Source: Eukaryota sp. TZLM1-RC (Eukaryota > Protista > Metamonada: BaSk clade). Taken from it: DNA of 64,000 nt. Below, one piece after another: positions 11,082-22,549 of the stretch. Within the stretch, counting starts at the first letter, position 1; each line of letters begins with the position of its first letter. The translations under genes and the position numbers were made by a program. The notes beneath the pieces are model-generated. The model was not told the origin of the DNA and searched no databases. It worked only from the letters and a program-made list of their open reading frames with translations. Location: contig JAUPSS010000003.1 in the NCBI GenBank assembly GCA_040285825.1, positions 2,294,001 to 2,358,000 on the forward strand, written 5' to 3'.

Positions 11082-13550
11082 TTAAAAACGAATTTCAAGG
11101 GAAGACCGATTAGACGCTATTTGTTCAAGCATAGCCTTTACTGAACCTCCGATACGGGTTTTCCGAAGATTTAAAGTGGTAAGTGTTCGATTGGATTGAA
11201 GAGCATCAGCAATGGAAGAACCGCCTTCATCACCAATGTGTTTATTGTTCATGAGATTCAAATTCGTCAGTGTTTGATTTGATTGAAGAGCACGAGCAAT
11301 AGCACAAGCACCACTATTTGCAATCTTATTACCATATAGATCTAAATTGGTCAGTGTTTGATTAGATTGAAGAACACGAGCTATTGCAGAAGCACCTTCA
11401 TCACCGATTTTGTTATTCTGTAGATCCAGTGTAGTGAGTGATTGGTTGTTTTCAAGCAATTCAGCAAATGAAAGTGCACCTATTGCACTAATGTTATTCA
11501 ACCGAAGATCCAAATCGGTAAGTGTTCGATTAGATTGAAGAGCACCAGCAATGGCAGAAGCTCCCTCATCAGTGATATTATTGTTCTGAAGATCCAAACT
11601 GGTGAGGGTTGTATTGGATTGAAGAGCAAGAGTAATTGCAGAAACTCCCTCATCACTAATCTGATTCTTCCGAAGACTCAGACTGGTGATTGACTGATGA
11701 GATTTAATTGCAAGAGCGATTTCAGAAGCTCCTTTGTCACCAATATTATTGTTCCGAAGATCCAAATTGGTGAGCGTTGTATTAGCTGCTAGAGCACGAG
11801 CAATGGAAGAGGCACCTTCACCACCAATGCTATTACTCCACAGATTCAAAATAGTAAGTGTTTGATTAGATTCAAGAGCATGGGCAAGTACAGAAGCACC
11901 TTTATTACCGATGCAATTGTTCCGAAGAATCAATGTGGTAAGGGTTCGATTTGATACAAGAGCATGGGCTATATCAGAAGCACCTTTATCACCAATTTGG
12001 TTTCTCATAAGATTCAAACTAACAAGGGTTCCATTTGATCCAAGAGCATGGGCGATAGCAGAAGCACCTTTATCAGTGATCGATTTACCAGAAAGATCCA
12101 AAATAGTTATCGAACCATCAACAATACCCTCAATACCTTTTTTAACTACATCCTTCAACTCATTCCAGTTGACGATTGATTTAATCTCATTTAATACTCT
12201 TTCTTTAGAGGGGGCGTCACGTTTAATATTCAAATCCAATGGACCTTTAACACTGAAATTGACTAGCTGTGACTCTAATTCAACGATTCGTCTTTGCAAT
12301 TCAGAATTTGTAGATTTAAGAGTGACAATTTGCGTAGCTTGTTTGTCAACAATAGCCTTACTAGCAATCAAATCTTGCTTCAATTGAGAAACATTAGCAC
12401 CGATGGCGACCTTCTCTTCTTCTAAATCAGCTATTATTGCAGATTGAGCTGTGATGTCAGATTTGAGTTGGCTTTCTGATGAAGAAGGTGAATTGTCAGA
12501 TAAATGTAACATTTTTGTTGATAAATCGACAAAATACAACTTGGAAAGTAAATTAACTCCATCAGTAAGATCCTCACCATTCTTGCTCCATTCTTCATAC
12601 AACTTAACTATTTCAGATTTAAAGGCTTCACAAGCTTTTAAGTGATTTTCAAATTCCATTTCAAGCCTATTTTTCAATTTTTGGTTGAACCCTGTACCAC
12701 TTTCAGTTTCAGAATGTGAATTAATCATTTCATTGCAGAGTTTAGCATACAGATTTACGTAGTGAGGTTGATGTGTGATTGCCTTAACCAAACTATCAGT
12801 GAACTCGTCCAAAAGAACATTAACTTGGTCATCATTAAGAGCTTTGCTAACTGTTGATTTTCTAGAAAAGATTTCAGTAATCTCCTCAATGATTTTGTCC
12901 TTATTGGCACCAGAAAGCTTGTTCAAAAGCTCTCTACACCGTTTGTTGGCTTCGATACAGGCATCGCTCGTCTGCTTCACTTCTTCGTTTTGAGTAACAA
13001 CACCATGATCATCAGCATTGTTTAGTAAGGGCTGGCTGACTAGATCGGACTCAGATGGGCGAGTACGAGACCTTGGTCTTCTACGTCTGGAGTTTGCTCT
13101 GGCATTTGCAGATCTTTTGTTTCTAGTGCAGTTCTGAATAATGCTATTGTGTACAGAAACCATCTCTAGCAACTGGCTAGTTAGTTCATTATGTCCTGGA
13201 CATTTATCTTTCAGACTCATAAGTTCTTGTTTGGAATACTGAATTGCTCCAGATTTCAATTGATGATCTTGCATAGTCAAGTAAATAAGATCTTCGTCGC
13301 TACTTGTTTCAGTATCACTATCATCAGAAACAACATGAGACTGTACTGAAGCAAATGACCTGTGTATTACTTGGGGTTTCTGCTGAGTCTGGTTTGCTCC
13401 ATGAAGTGGGAATATTTGTGATGGTAATTCCCCGGAGGTGCAAGTGTGATCAAGCTTGTTAAACTTCTTCATTGTTTTTGAAGATACTAAAGGAAAGATT
13501 GAGATCAGAAAATCTGAAATGAAAAGTTCACCATTCCATTCATTACTCAT
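11082..13550 (-). CDS. Chimeric protein: eIF4G-like N-terminus (4E-binding motif + partial MIF4G), coiled coil, about 12 RI-type 28-aa LRRs
   Basis: Intact 822-aa ORF; YSKQELM at 13218-13238; RELLNKLS...QPHYVNLYAKLC...LKNRLEMEFE; heptad region; repeats of LxxLxLxxNxIGDxGAxxIAxALxxNxT. Confidence 0.85.
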   Translation of the reverse strand: MSNEWNGELFISDFLISIFPLVSSKTMKKFNKLDHTCTSGELPSQIFPLHGANQTQQKPQVIHRSFASVQSHVVSDDSDTETSSDEDLIYLTMQDHQLKSGAIQYSKQELMSLKDKCPGHNELTSQLLEMVSVHNSIIQNCTRNKRSANARANSRRRRPRSRTRPSESDLVSQPLLNNADDHGVVTQNEEVKQTSDACIEANKRCRELLNKLSGANKDKIIEEITEIFSRKSTVSKALNDDQVNVLLDEFTDSLVKAITHQPHYVNLYAKLCNEMINSHSETESGTGFNQKLKNRLEMEFENHLKACEAFKSEIVKLYEEWSKNGEDLTDGVNLLSKLYFVDLSTKMLHLSDNSPSSSESQLKSDITAQSAIIADLEEEKVAIGANVSQLKQDLIASKAIVDKQATQIVTLKSTNSELQRRIVELESQLVNFSVKGPLDLNIKRDAPSKERVLNEIKSIVNWNELKDVVKKGIEGIVDGSITILDLSGKSITDKGASAIAHALGSNGTLVSLNLMRNQIGDKGASDIAHALVSNRTLTTLILRNNCIGNKGASVLAHALESNQTLTILNLWSNSIGGEGASSIARALAANTTLTNLDLRNNNIGDKGASEIALAIKSHQSITSLSLRKNQISDEGVSAITLALQSNTTLTSLDLQNNNITDEGASAIAGALQSNRTLTDLDLRLNNISAIGALSFAELLENNQSLTTLDLQNNKIGDEGASAIARVLQSNQTLTNLDLYGNKIANSGACAIARALQSNQTLTNLNLMNNKHIGDEGGSSIADALQSNRTLTTLNLRKTRIGGSVKAMLEQIASNRSSLEIRF

Positions 13551-13849
13551 TTTAATGAATGATTGGGTGGTTAGGGTTCACTTCGAATTTCTGTTTCCTA
13601 AATACATAATGATGTTGACGCAAGGTCGCAAAATTCTTCATTTGACTTTCTGACAAATGGCTGTTTGTTCATTTCAAGAATTGCTATTGCCACAATTTGG
13701 AGTTATTGAGAATATTGATTTTGAACCATAACCCAATTGTGTGTCAAAATATTAAATTTACAGAATTTGAAAAATGTTGTTTGTTCCGAATAACAGATTT
13801 TTTCTATTTTTTCCTGAACTTTTTTTATTAATTTTAATTTTGTCCAAAA

Positions 13850-14390
13850 CCTAGAAAACAACATCTCAAAAATCCATCTCTCCCAAAACAAAAACACTAG
13901 ATGCAACTCTCTCATAGTGAGAACCAAGAGAAAGCAAAGCATCAGAAACCATCTTCAGCATCCCCTTATAAATAGAAAACTCAATTCTATTTTGCCAAAA
14001 CATTCTGTTGAAATTTCTGTTAGTTCTTCTCATTACAATCTGTTCAAAATCTTCCAAAAAACGTAAAGCCGTTGGTGCAAGTGACCCAATAAGAGAAAAT
14101 ACAAATGAATACAACTTGTATTTTGCTTGCTGTTGACTGGACAATTTAGACAAAGGTTCATTGTATTTTTGAATTTTAAAATTTTCAGCATTTGAACGAG
14201 GATTATGAATTTCAGAATTAACAAGTCTTTTGAGGCATTACAAGAATCAACAGACATTACATCCAATAATATGAAGCTTCCAATAAATACAAATAATATA
14301 ACATCACCTCTATTATTTTGGTGAAAATCATCTTCAGTATCAAACAGATTTGACAACAGAGGTTCCAACATGGAGTTCCAACGCAAGTTC
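13850..14390 (-). mobile_element. Non-LTR retrotransposon RLE/3' fragment (family B-like)
   Basis: LEPLLSNL...NNRGDV...FWQNRIEFSIYKG. Confidence 0.7.
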
Positions 14391-15142
14391 CACTGTTTTG
14401 CATTAAATGAAGAAATTTCCAAAATAAATGCAGAAAATGGGGTCGATGCTTTCCCCAATGATTCAATGGCAATATTCCAGAAAAGAATGTTTTAAATTTG
14501 AAGTACACTCATCGAAGATTACAGAAACAATTGACTGGAATGTATGAAAGTGATCTTTTTAATTATATATGCAGCTCGGCTGTTTTAAATAAAGATCTTC
14601 ACTCATTGTTATTGGAAAAGGGTGTCTGCGAAAGCAAGTCATCAGATTCTTCACTATTTGTAACCATTGTACCACGAAGATTTGGATTGTGTGCCACTAA
14701 TGAAGCGTTTGTAACAAAAATGAGATTATATTTGAATATCCCCGTTAATCAATTATTATCAAAAGAAAAATGTATTTGTTCGAATTCGCCTCAACTCACT
14801 TTGCGTCATGCTCTAAATTGCTCTAAATTGATAACTTATCGTTCTTCATTACATGATGCTGTTAGAGACACTGTTTTCAATATGGCACAAACTGCAAGAA
14901 TTTCGTGTATCAAAGAGCGTCTGCTGAAGGAAACACTTTCTCTGAATAATTTTGGTTCTGATGACAGAGGTGATGTATACTGTGATTGGATTGATAATTT
15001 TGAAGCTATTTTTGACATTGTCTCATGTAATGTTGCAAATGACAATTTGGTTCACAGAAGAAAACTTAATCCTTTGACTTCTCTGGATTTTAAAGCAAAA
15101 GAGAAACATAGAAAATATGATAAAGATATTGAGGAGGCTAAT

Positions 15143-15291
15143 TGATGGTCTTGGCTGGTTAGTATCAGACATAACTGTATAAATGTAAGGAGATTTATTA
15201 CGAAGAGGAATTGCATTCTCTCTTCTTAAACTAATAGGCGGAATACTAATAAACTATATAAATAAACTACAAATACTATTCAAGACTAACA
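15143..15291 (-). repeat. 3' LTR
   Basis: TGTTAGTCTT...ACCATCA on the minus strand; 148/149 identical to 22401-22549. Confidence 0.95.
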
Positions 15292-18200
15292 CTGCCTTTT
15301 CCTCTCTTTCGAGCGACGAGCCCTGGAAGCTCTAGTCATAGGAGGAAATACGTTGGAATTAGTACGCTTCTTGGGAGGAGCTGATTTAGTACGGCGACGT
15401 GCATTTGAAGTCTTGAAGTCTTTATACGCGGCAGTATTTTGGACTGTAGATACGTGTTCAGTGGTGATCTCTTTTCCAGGCCATTGCACTTGGCAAAAGT
15501 CACTGTCCTGAATGAGCACTTTTTCAATGATGTGTTTTTCGACATCACCTGCAGCGACCCAGGAGTGGAACTCATCGTTGGTGGGCAAGTTGGAGTGCCA
15601 GGGTGCTAAATGTTTGACGCTAGCTTGGACAGTCGTACCGGTGCAGAGATTCTTAATATTCACAGACGAATTGGATACGATTTCAGTTATTAGAAAGGGT
15701 CCTAAATAGTCTCCATGAAGCTTAGCGGAAGAGTCAGATGCTCTCAATACCAATTGACCAACTTCAAAAGGGTTTGGAGTTGTCGATCTTGTTAGCTTGG
15801 AAGCTTTGGAAGCTTGATGGTGTGCTGCCTTTTCCTGTTTTTCTTTCAACCTTCGAAGTTTAGATTGAATTTCTTGAATAAAAGATGACTCAGACGTCGA
15901 ACTTTCAATGATTTCAAGAATTTTGCCAGGGTCTGATCTAGAGGACACATCTGAGCCAAAGATCACTTGGTATGGAGTGTGGTTGGTTATTGAGCTCTTT
16001 GAAGAGTTGATCAATAATTGCACATAAGGCAAATATTCAGAGCACACATCGTAGGCTTTGAAGTCTACGAGCAATTTCCGTTGGTTTTGCAGGATGTCTC
16101 TGTGTCGGCGCTCTACCAAGCCGTTGGACTGAGAAAACCTAGGAATTGACTTTGACACCTCTATGCCTAAAAATTTGCTTAGTTCGTCGAAAACAGCTTT
16201 GGAAAATTCGGGTCCATTATCGCTGTGGATTTGAAATGGAATGCCAAAGATGGCACAGACTTTCCAGATTAATGCATCTGCAGTAAGATTAGCATTTATT
16301 TCTTTTAAGGGCACGATGATCGTGAACCTAGAAAAACTGTCGATAAATACAAGGATGTATTTGTAGCCTTCTTGATCTTCTGGAAGAGGACCAATAACGT
16401 CGGCGTTGACGCGAGCAAAAGGTCTGTCAGCCCACAATTTACCGGTGGGGGGAACATGCAGTTTGGGAACTGGCTTTGTTTTCTGACAGGAGGGGCATTC
16501 TTGGACGTGCTTATTCATGTCGGTGAGCATGTTTGGCCACCAATAATCGCTGTTGCTGAGCTTGTTCAGGCTTTCAGCTTTGCTTGGATGGCCTCCTTGC
16601 AGAAGTCCATGCAACAAGTTAAGAGTATCCTTAATGAGTGATTTGGGAATCACAATCTTGTTGTCGTGAGTCATATATAAATCAAGATGATTATTATGAG
16701 CACAGTTGTTGAAAGAGGGGTCTTTGGAAGCTATGGCAAGCTTCTGTTCGGACCTAATCCAACAGAGCCATGGCTCAAAAATAGGTAGGTTGTTGGAACA
16801 TCGGTCTCTTATGACCATGATACGTTCAAAGTTGTTTAAATCTTCGATGTAGTATCTTTCATTTTCTGTTCCGTCAATTTTATCGATGTAAAATATTGGA
16901 TGAAAATTTGGAGACATTTGATGGGACAAATGATTGATCTCTTGATGGTCTATAGGCGGAACTATTCGAGACAACATATCTACCCAGAAGTTATCTTCCC
17001 CTTTGATATGAACTAAATCGAAGCAGAATTCGGAGAATATGGGTAACCATTTGGTTACGATTCTGTTCTTCTCAGGAGCCGTGAACATGTAGGTAAGGTT
17101 TTGATGGTCTGTGAAAATGACCAGTTTTCTTCCCTTCAAGTAGTTTTCAAAACCACTTTGAGTCAACATGAGCAGGATGGCATAGAGTTCCTTTTGGTTT
17201 GTCGGCCAGTTCTTTTGCGAGTTGGTTAGCAACCTGCTGAAGAAACTGATGGGCCTACATTTTCTGTTGATCAGGGGAGTACCGGGGTCGTCGACTTGTT
17301 CGATTTGTTCCCAAATGACGCCACCTACAGCGATGTCGGATGCGTCGCAACTTATTAGAATTTGGTTTTCCAGAGGAGGTAAGCTGAGCGGCATGTGCTT
17401 CGCTATCAGTTGTTTGATCTTTCAAAGGAGCCCGTCGTGCGTGTCGGTCCATTGAAGGCGTTGCGCGCGGGGTTTGGGTTTAACTTTGAAGTTGATTCCA
17501 TCCTTCTTAGTCAATCTGATGATAGGAGCGATGAGCTCAGATAGCTGAGGAAGCCATTCTCTAATGAAATTGACTGATCCTACAAGGCTGCGGACGTCTT
17601 TGATTGTTTTTGGTCTAGGTAGATTCAATAAAGATTCAACACGAGTGGGATCGATAGTCCGTTCTTTGTTTTGGAAAACACTGCCCAGTATCTTGATTGG
17701 GTGTCTGGAAGACACGAAATGGCACTTTGGAAGTCCCAAGGAAACTCTTCTGCATCTGGCTTGATCAAGGACGCGTCGGAGGCGTTCAATGAATTCGTCA
17801 AAGGTTGAACCAATGATTATGATGTCATTTATGTAGATGAAGACACCGTCTCCAGAGAAGATGTCAGCCATGACGTTTTGGAAAACGGCTGGGACATTCT
17901 TGAGACCAAAAGCTGCACGTTTGAACATGATGCTTTTGCCAGGAATGCTCAGGGCTGTTTTCTGCCAATCCTTTTTAGCAATTTTGAGTTGCCAAAAGGC
18001 TTTGGGGAGGTCAAGGTTGCCTATGTAATTCGCTTGGGAGAGAAATACCAGCACATCGGAGATCCTAGGAAGGTTGGGCTCAACAGGAATGGTGTTGGCG
18101 TTGACTCCGTCCTTGCCACTATAGTCACCAGTAAGGCGGGGCTTACGGTTATCTAGGTAGACTACTAGACAGACTAGTGAGCTGAACTCATGGTTCGATT

Positions 18201-19092
18201 GAACAGCGAATCCTGAGTCTATGAGTTCGTCAAAAATTTGGTTAGCGACTTCTAGCCTGGCTGGATTCAGGGTCCTGGGGGGTTTTCTAACTCTGACGTC
18301 TTCATTGTAGAAGTTGATTTCCATGGGAGGGCAATCAATACCTTCAGCATGGGGCTTGAGGGTAAATACGTCTTCGAACTCTTTCAATGTTTGAAGTACG
18401 GACTTCTTGAATTGGTCGTTGTCGAGGTTGATGGTACAACCAAATGAGTTGATGTGTTCCAACCAACGTGTGGAAACGTTGACGACTTCTGAAGCTTGCG
18501 ATATTCGATGATCGAATTCGGCTTCAGGTAATAGTAATGTGCGACAGGCGTCGTCCATTCTAATGTAAATGCCCTTGTTGTTCATCAGCCCAAGGTGACT
18601 CAACAAGTCAGCGCCAATGAGAATGGTCTCATGTCCAGGAACGATGCTGAACTTGTGTTTCACGTGTACAATCTGGGTAACACTGCCTAGTCTAATGCTA
18701 AGGGTTCCAGAAGAAGTACCAAGGGACTGTGAGGTAGTTCCATCAGCAATCTTGTATGATATGGTTTCGTTGGAACGTGCCATGTTACAATTACTGATGA
18801 CGTCTTCCGTGACTACTGAGCATGTTGCACCAGAGTCGATTATGCCTGTAACTTCGACATTGTTGATCAGAAAGTTTAATTGTAGGCAGTTTTGGTTCAT
18901 AGATTGTACCATAAAAATTGTATCAGAATCATGTCCATTCGAGTCGGCTTGTTCTGAGAAGAAGTTAGCCTGACTGTTAGTTAACTTGGTGGGTTCTAAG
19001 TTGGCGAGAGGATTGATTAGGGATCTTTCCATGCCGAGCTTTCTGTGTGTGGTAGTGTTGTTGTTGTAGGGGGTATGGTTTCTAAAGTACAT
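15286..19092 (-). pseudogene. pol: pol (protease, RT, RNase H, integrase, chromodomain-like tail) with one in-frame TGA at 17422-17424
   Basis: IIDSGA protease; LDLPKAFWQ and FGLKNVP; YINDI in place of YIDD; CDAS and FTDHQNL RNase H; HH-CC finger; integrase D..IHSDNGPEF..SNGLVER; ORFs 17422-19092 and 15286-17394 share a frame. Confidence 0.9.
15292..15310 (-). promoter_or_regulatory. Polypurine tract
   Basis: GAAAGAGAGGAAAAGGCAG immediately 5' of the 3' LTR. Confidence 0.85.
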
Positions 19093-22000
19093 AAATAGTG
19101 ACGGGAACGTTTATTGTAAGAAGAGCCTCTGCCTCTGCCGCGAGTGCCTCTTCGACTACGGAAACCAGAACCTCTAGAACTTCTGCCTCGAGCTTGCTGT
19201 TGAGCTTGTTGTTCTCTCCACTTCTTGCTCCTTTGGCAGTCTTCATTGGGACACCTTTCGGTCGGATGACCCTTTTGCTTACAGAAGTTGCATTGGACAT
19301 CAGCGGCCTGGGAAGACGATTGTGGTAGGCTTCCTCCTCTCTTATTTTGTTTGGGGCATTTACCTGGACCAGAACCTCGTGGTCTGGGAATGTCAGGTGG
19401 GGAGGGAACGACCGTGGGAGGTCGGCGAGAGGCCTGCTGGTGAGTTAATTGGTTCTGATAGGTGAAATCGACATGATTTAGCTGTTCCATGAACGATCTG
19501 GCGTTACAAAAATTCTCGTATTCTATTTGAAGAACACTAAAGAATTCACCTAGGGTGTGTCCATCGCATGAGTAGTGAGAGGGAGCCGACCAGATCCTGA
19601 GGAGTCTGTCTCTAATGGAAACAATCCCAATGCTTTCTAGGACGTGGGTAGCAACTACCCAGTCTGGGAGTCTGTCAGCTGGAGGAGTGGAGCTTATGGA
19701 GAATGTTCTCAATTGTTGAGAGATGCCTCTGAACTCCTGGATGGCAGTGGAGCGAGTCAGGACTCTTCCAATGTTGACCATGAAGTCAATCCATCTATTG
19801 CCATAATCTCTTTCCGACCAGTCCATGTTTGTTGCAAGGAGAGCTCGATTTGCCTTATCCAGTCTGCTGAATTGGGTTCTTCTCAGAATTTGAGCCCAAA
19901 TGATGCGTTCGTCTCTTGAGGTTGGGACCGTGGGAGAAGAGATACTTAGGTAAGCACCTTGATATCTTAACGCGTTTAGCACCTCAGGGGTGACACATTC
20001 AGCGAGGCCTCGGGGGTTGATCATCATGGCTTGACGGAACAAGTCCCATTCGTGAACTGGCTCTCCAGTGATGTTACCAAAGTACTCGTCAAACGATGGT
20101 TGGGAACCTTCTCTAGCTAGTTCTAATTCTTCACGTAGTCTGGCAACTTTATTGGCTAGAGCTATCTGGGCTGGATCCTCAACGTTGCTTCTTGTTTCTC
20201 TTAGGACTCGATCGGTACGACTCCAGAGAATGAATTTGTTGACAAACTTTAGAAGTTTATCAGCGTCTCTCAAGTCGGAAGCTTCAAGATATGGACGTTT
20301 AGGACGGTCCGTACGTCTGTCATCTCGATCTCTTGATCCAATCATTGAAGAAAGGAGAAAACTACTTTCGTATGTGCCCGAGAAGGGTGAATGATGAGAG
20401 GAAATAGAGGTTGTTGAACCTGTCGTGGAAGGTGTAGGTTGGGGTTGAGGGGCTCGACTAACGGGAGTGATGGGAGCAGGAACTGCATCAGAAGATGTGA
20501 TGGGAGTGGGTGATTCACTGCTCACAGTGATGACGTCGTCGTCGGCTTGTTCCATAGCAGAATGGTTGGGATTAGTGGTTTCCGTGGTAGAAAATGAATC
20601 AGTTTCCATGGGAGGTTGTGATGATTCAGGAGCTTTAGCGGAGAAAGATGGAGCTTCACTCTGTTGAGGTTGGGGTTGAGCAGAAGGTTCTGTCTCTTCA
20701 ATCTGGGCTGGGACCTGATAAGAAGAGATCGCTGGTTGGACCAAGCGTGTCTTTTCAATTCGACCTTCAACCATGACCCATTTTAGCATCCTGGATTCTA
20801 TGCATCCAGGGAAAACCGTGACGAGCTGGAGAGCTCTTTGAAGATTGCCCGATCTTCTGTGGTCAGGACCACAATATGAAGCTATATGGTCAGGACGTCT
20901 GTCGTAAAGGAAGAGTCTTTCACCATATGTGGTTTCGGTAAACCACCACCCTGTTCTATAATCTCTGTCGATAAGGATATCGAGAGATGCGTTGTACCCA
21001 GGGCTGAACCTAGGGTAGGGGCAAGGGTTGTGAACATTTATGAAGAGGTTATCTTCATCTCCAGCAAAGCGTCTGAATACTCCTTCTCGAGTAGTTCTCA
21101 TGAACCTAACTCCGGGTCTTGGTTAGTAAGTTGGTTCTGGGTCATTCCTGGAGGTTTCTGGGGTGATCCTTTCATCGGTAAGAAATGGACCTATTCTGGG
21201 AGAGATCCATAATCCTAAGTCGTTCTCGACTTTTGGACCGTAGAAAGGAGGACGTTTGTTGCTCATCTCCGTGGGAGGGATGGCTTCTGGATCCTCTGGA
21301 ATGACTTGTGTATCCCTATATCTAGCATAAGGGTTGTGCTGACGGGAAGCACCATGATGAACACTTGAGCTAGCGTAGGAACTTGCTTAAGAAGGGGTAG
21401 GTTGAGCAGGTGTAGAGGATGTTCCTCTTCTAGCTTCAATCTCTCTATCCGTTCTTTATCTGTGTTCCCAGTTTCGTTCTTCTTGGAGAAAACGCTCTAC
21501 ATATTCTTTAGAGACCTCACCAGGAATTCTGTCAATTCCAGATGAAGGTGCCGTGGGAGGGACCTGATGTTGAGGTAGAGGGGAAAATTCCTTGGGAGGT
21601 TCCTCGTACTCTACTAAATCTGAAAAGATTTGTTCGTACCTTTTCCTTTGCTCTTCAGAAAGATACGAAGGAAGGTTCGAAGTGCTAGGAATGGAATCAC
21701 TAGCCTGAAGAGGGGAAACAGACAGATTATTAACTCCACTTACTGTTGAAGTAAGAGGAGATCCTGAAGTAGGTACAGCAGGATTTTGAATATTCCTCTT
21801 AACAGTTGGAACTGGAGGGAGGAGCTGTTGAGAATGAGAGGGTGGAACCTCAGAGGGTGGAACCTCAGAACTAGATGAAAGGGATGAAGATGGTACTTCA
21901 ATGGCCTTCTTAGAGGAGGAAGAAGGTTGGTCTTCCAATCCTTCCTTTGCTGTGAGAGAAGGTTGAACAGTCTCTCTGCTCTGAGTAGAAGGTGAAGGTG

Positions 22001-22430
22001 GTACTTCAGAACTTTTTCCTGAGAGGGGAGAAGGTGGGACTTCAGATGCCCTCAAATGTGAAGGAGGAAGAGGAGCAACGGAATCCTCAACATCTTCATC
22101 GTCGTAGGAGACTAATGAAGGGCTTCTTCTTTCCAAAGGAATAGAATCCTTAGGAAGGTTGTCTCCTTCCACAGGAACGGAATCCCGAGGAGGGGAACTT
22201 CCTTCCATTGGAACGGAATCCTCAGGAAGGGAACTATCTTCCCTTGGGGTAGAACCCTCAGGAAGAGTTGCTTCAGGAAGCGCAGAAGCTTCTACCGAAG
22301 AAGGGGGCACGGAAGCTGTGTCTGTGGTTAGTGATGAGGAAGAGGGACCAGTCTCTTCCTCGCGGATCCTACGTTGAGCCGGGGACGACCCAATACATAT
22401 TGATGGTCTTGGCTGGTTAGTATCAGACAT
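19017..22430 (-). pseudogene. gag: Very long gag (about 1137 codons) broken by three in-frame TAA codons
   Basis: ORFs 21456-22430 and 19017-21101 share a frame; the linker is open except TAA at 21456, 21387 and 21123; CCHC knuckle CNFCKQKGHPTERC and RG-rich tail; overlaps pol in the -1 frame. Confidence 0.8.
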
Positions 22431-22549
22431 AACTGTATAAATGTAAGGAGATTTATTACGAAGAGGAATTGCATTCTCTCTTCTTAAACTAATAGGCGGA
22501 ATACTAATAAACTATATAAATAAACTATAAATACTATTCAAGACTAACA
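22401..22549 (-). repeat. 5' LTR (contains the gag ATG at 22430)
   Basis: Direct repeat of 15143-15291. Confidence 0.95.

Larger units (their letters stand above)
15143..22549 (-). mobile_element. Full-length Ty3/gypsy LTR retrotransposon (7407 bp), probably inactive
   Basis: 149-bp LTRs differing at one site; TSD TAAT (15139-15142, 22550-22553); order gag-PR-RT-RH-IN; PPT present. Confidence 0.95.

Noticed and set aside
11100-12100. CRISPR-like periodic repeats
   Set aside because: The 84-bp period is coding LRR units; there are no unique spacers or cas genes
19082-19108. GT-AG mini-intron joining gag to pol
   Set aside because: The candidate introns (27 or 66 nt) are multiples of three and do not shift into the pol frame
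21123-21458. TAA reassigned to Gln (three in-frame TAA in gag, one at 38547)
   Set aside because: The long host genes contain no in-frame TAA/TAG, and the paralogous small genes end at the same position with TAA (48306-48308) and TGA (48860-48862), so TAA is a stop
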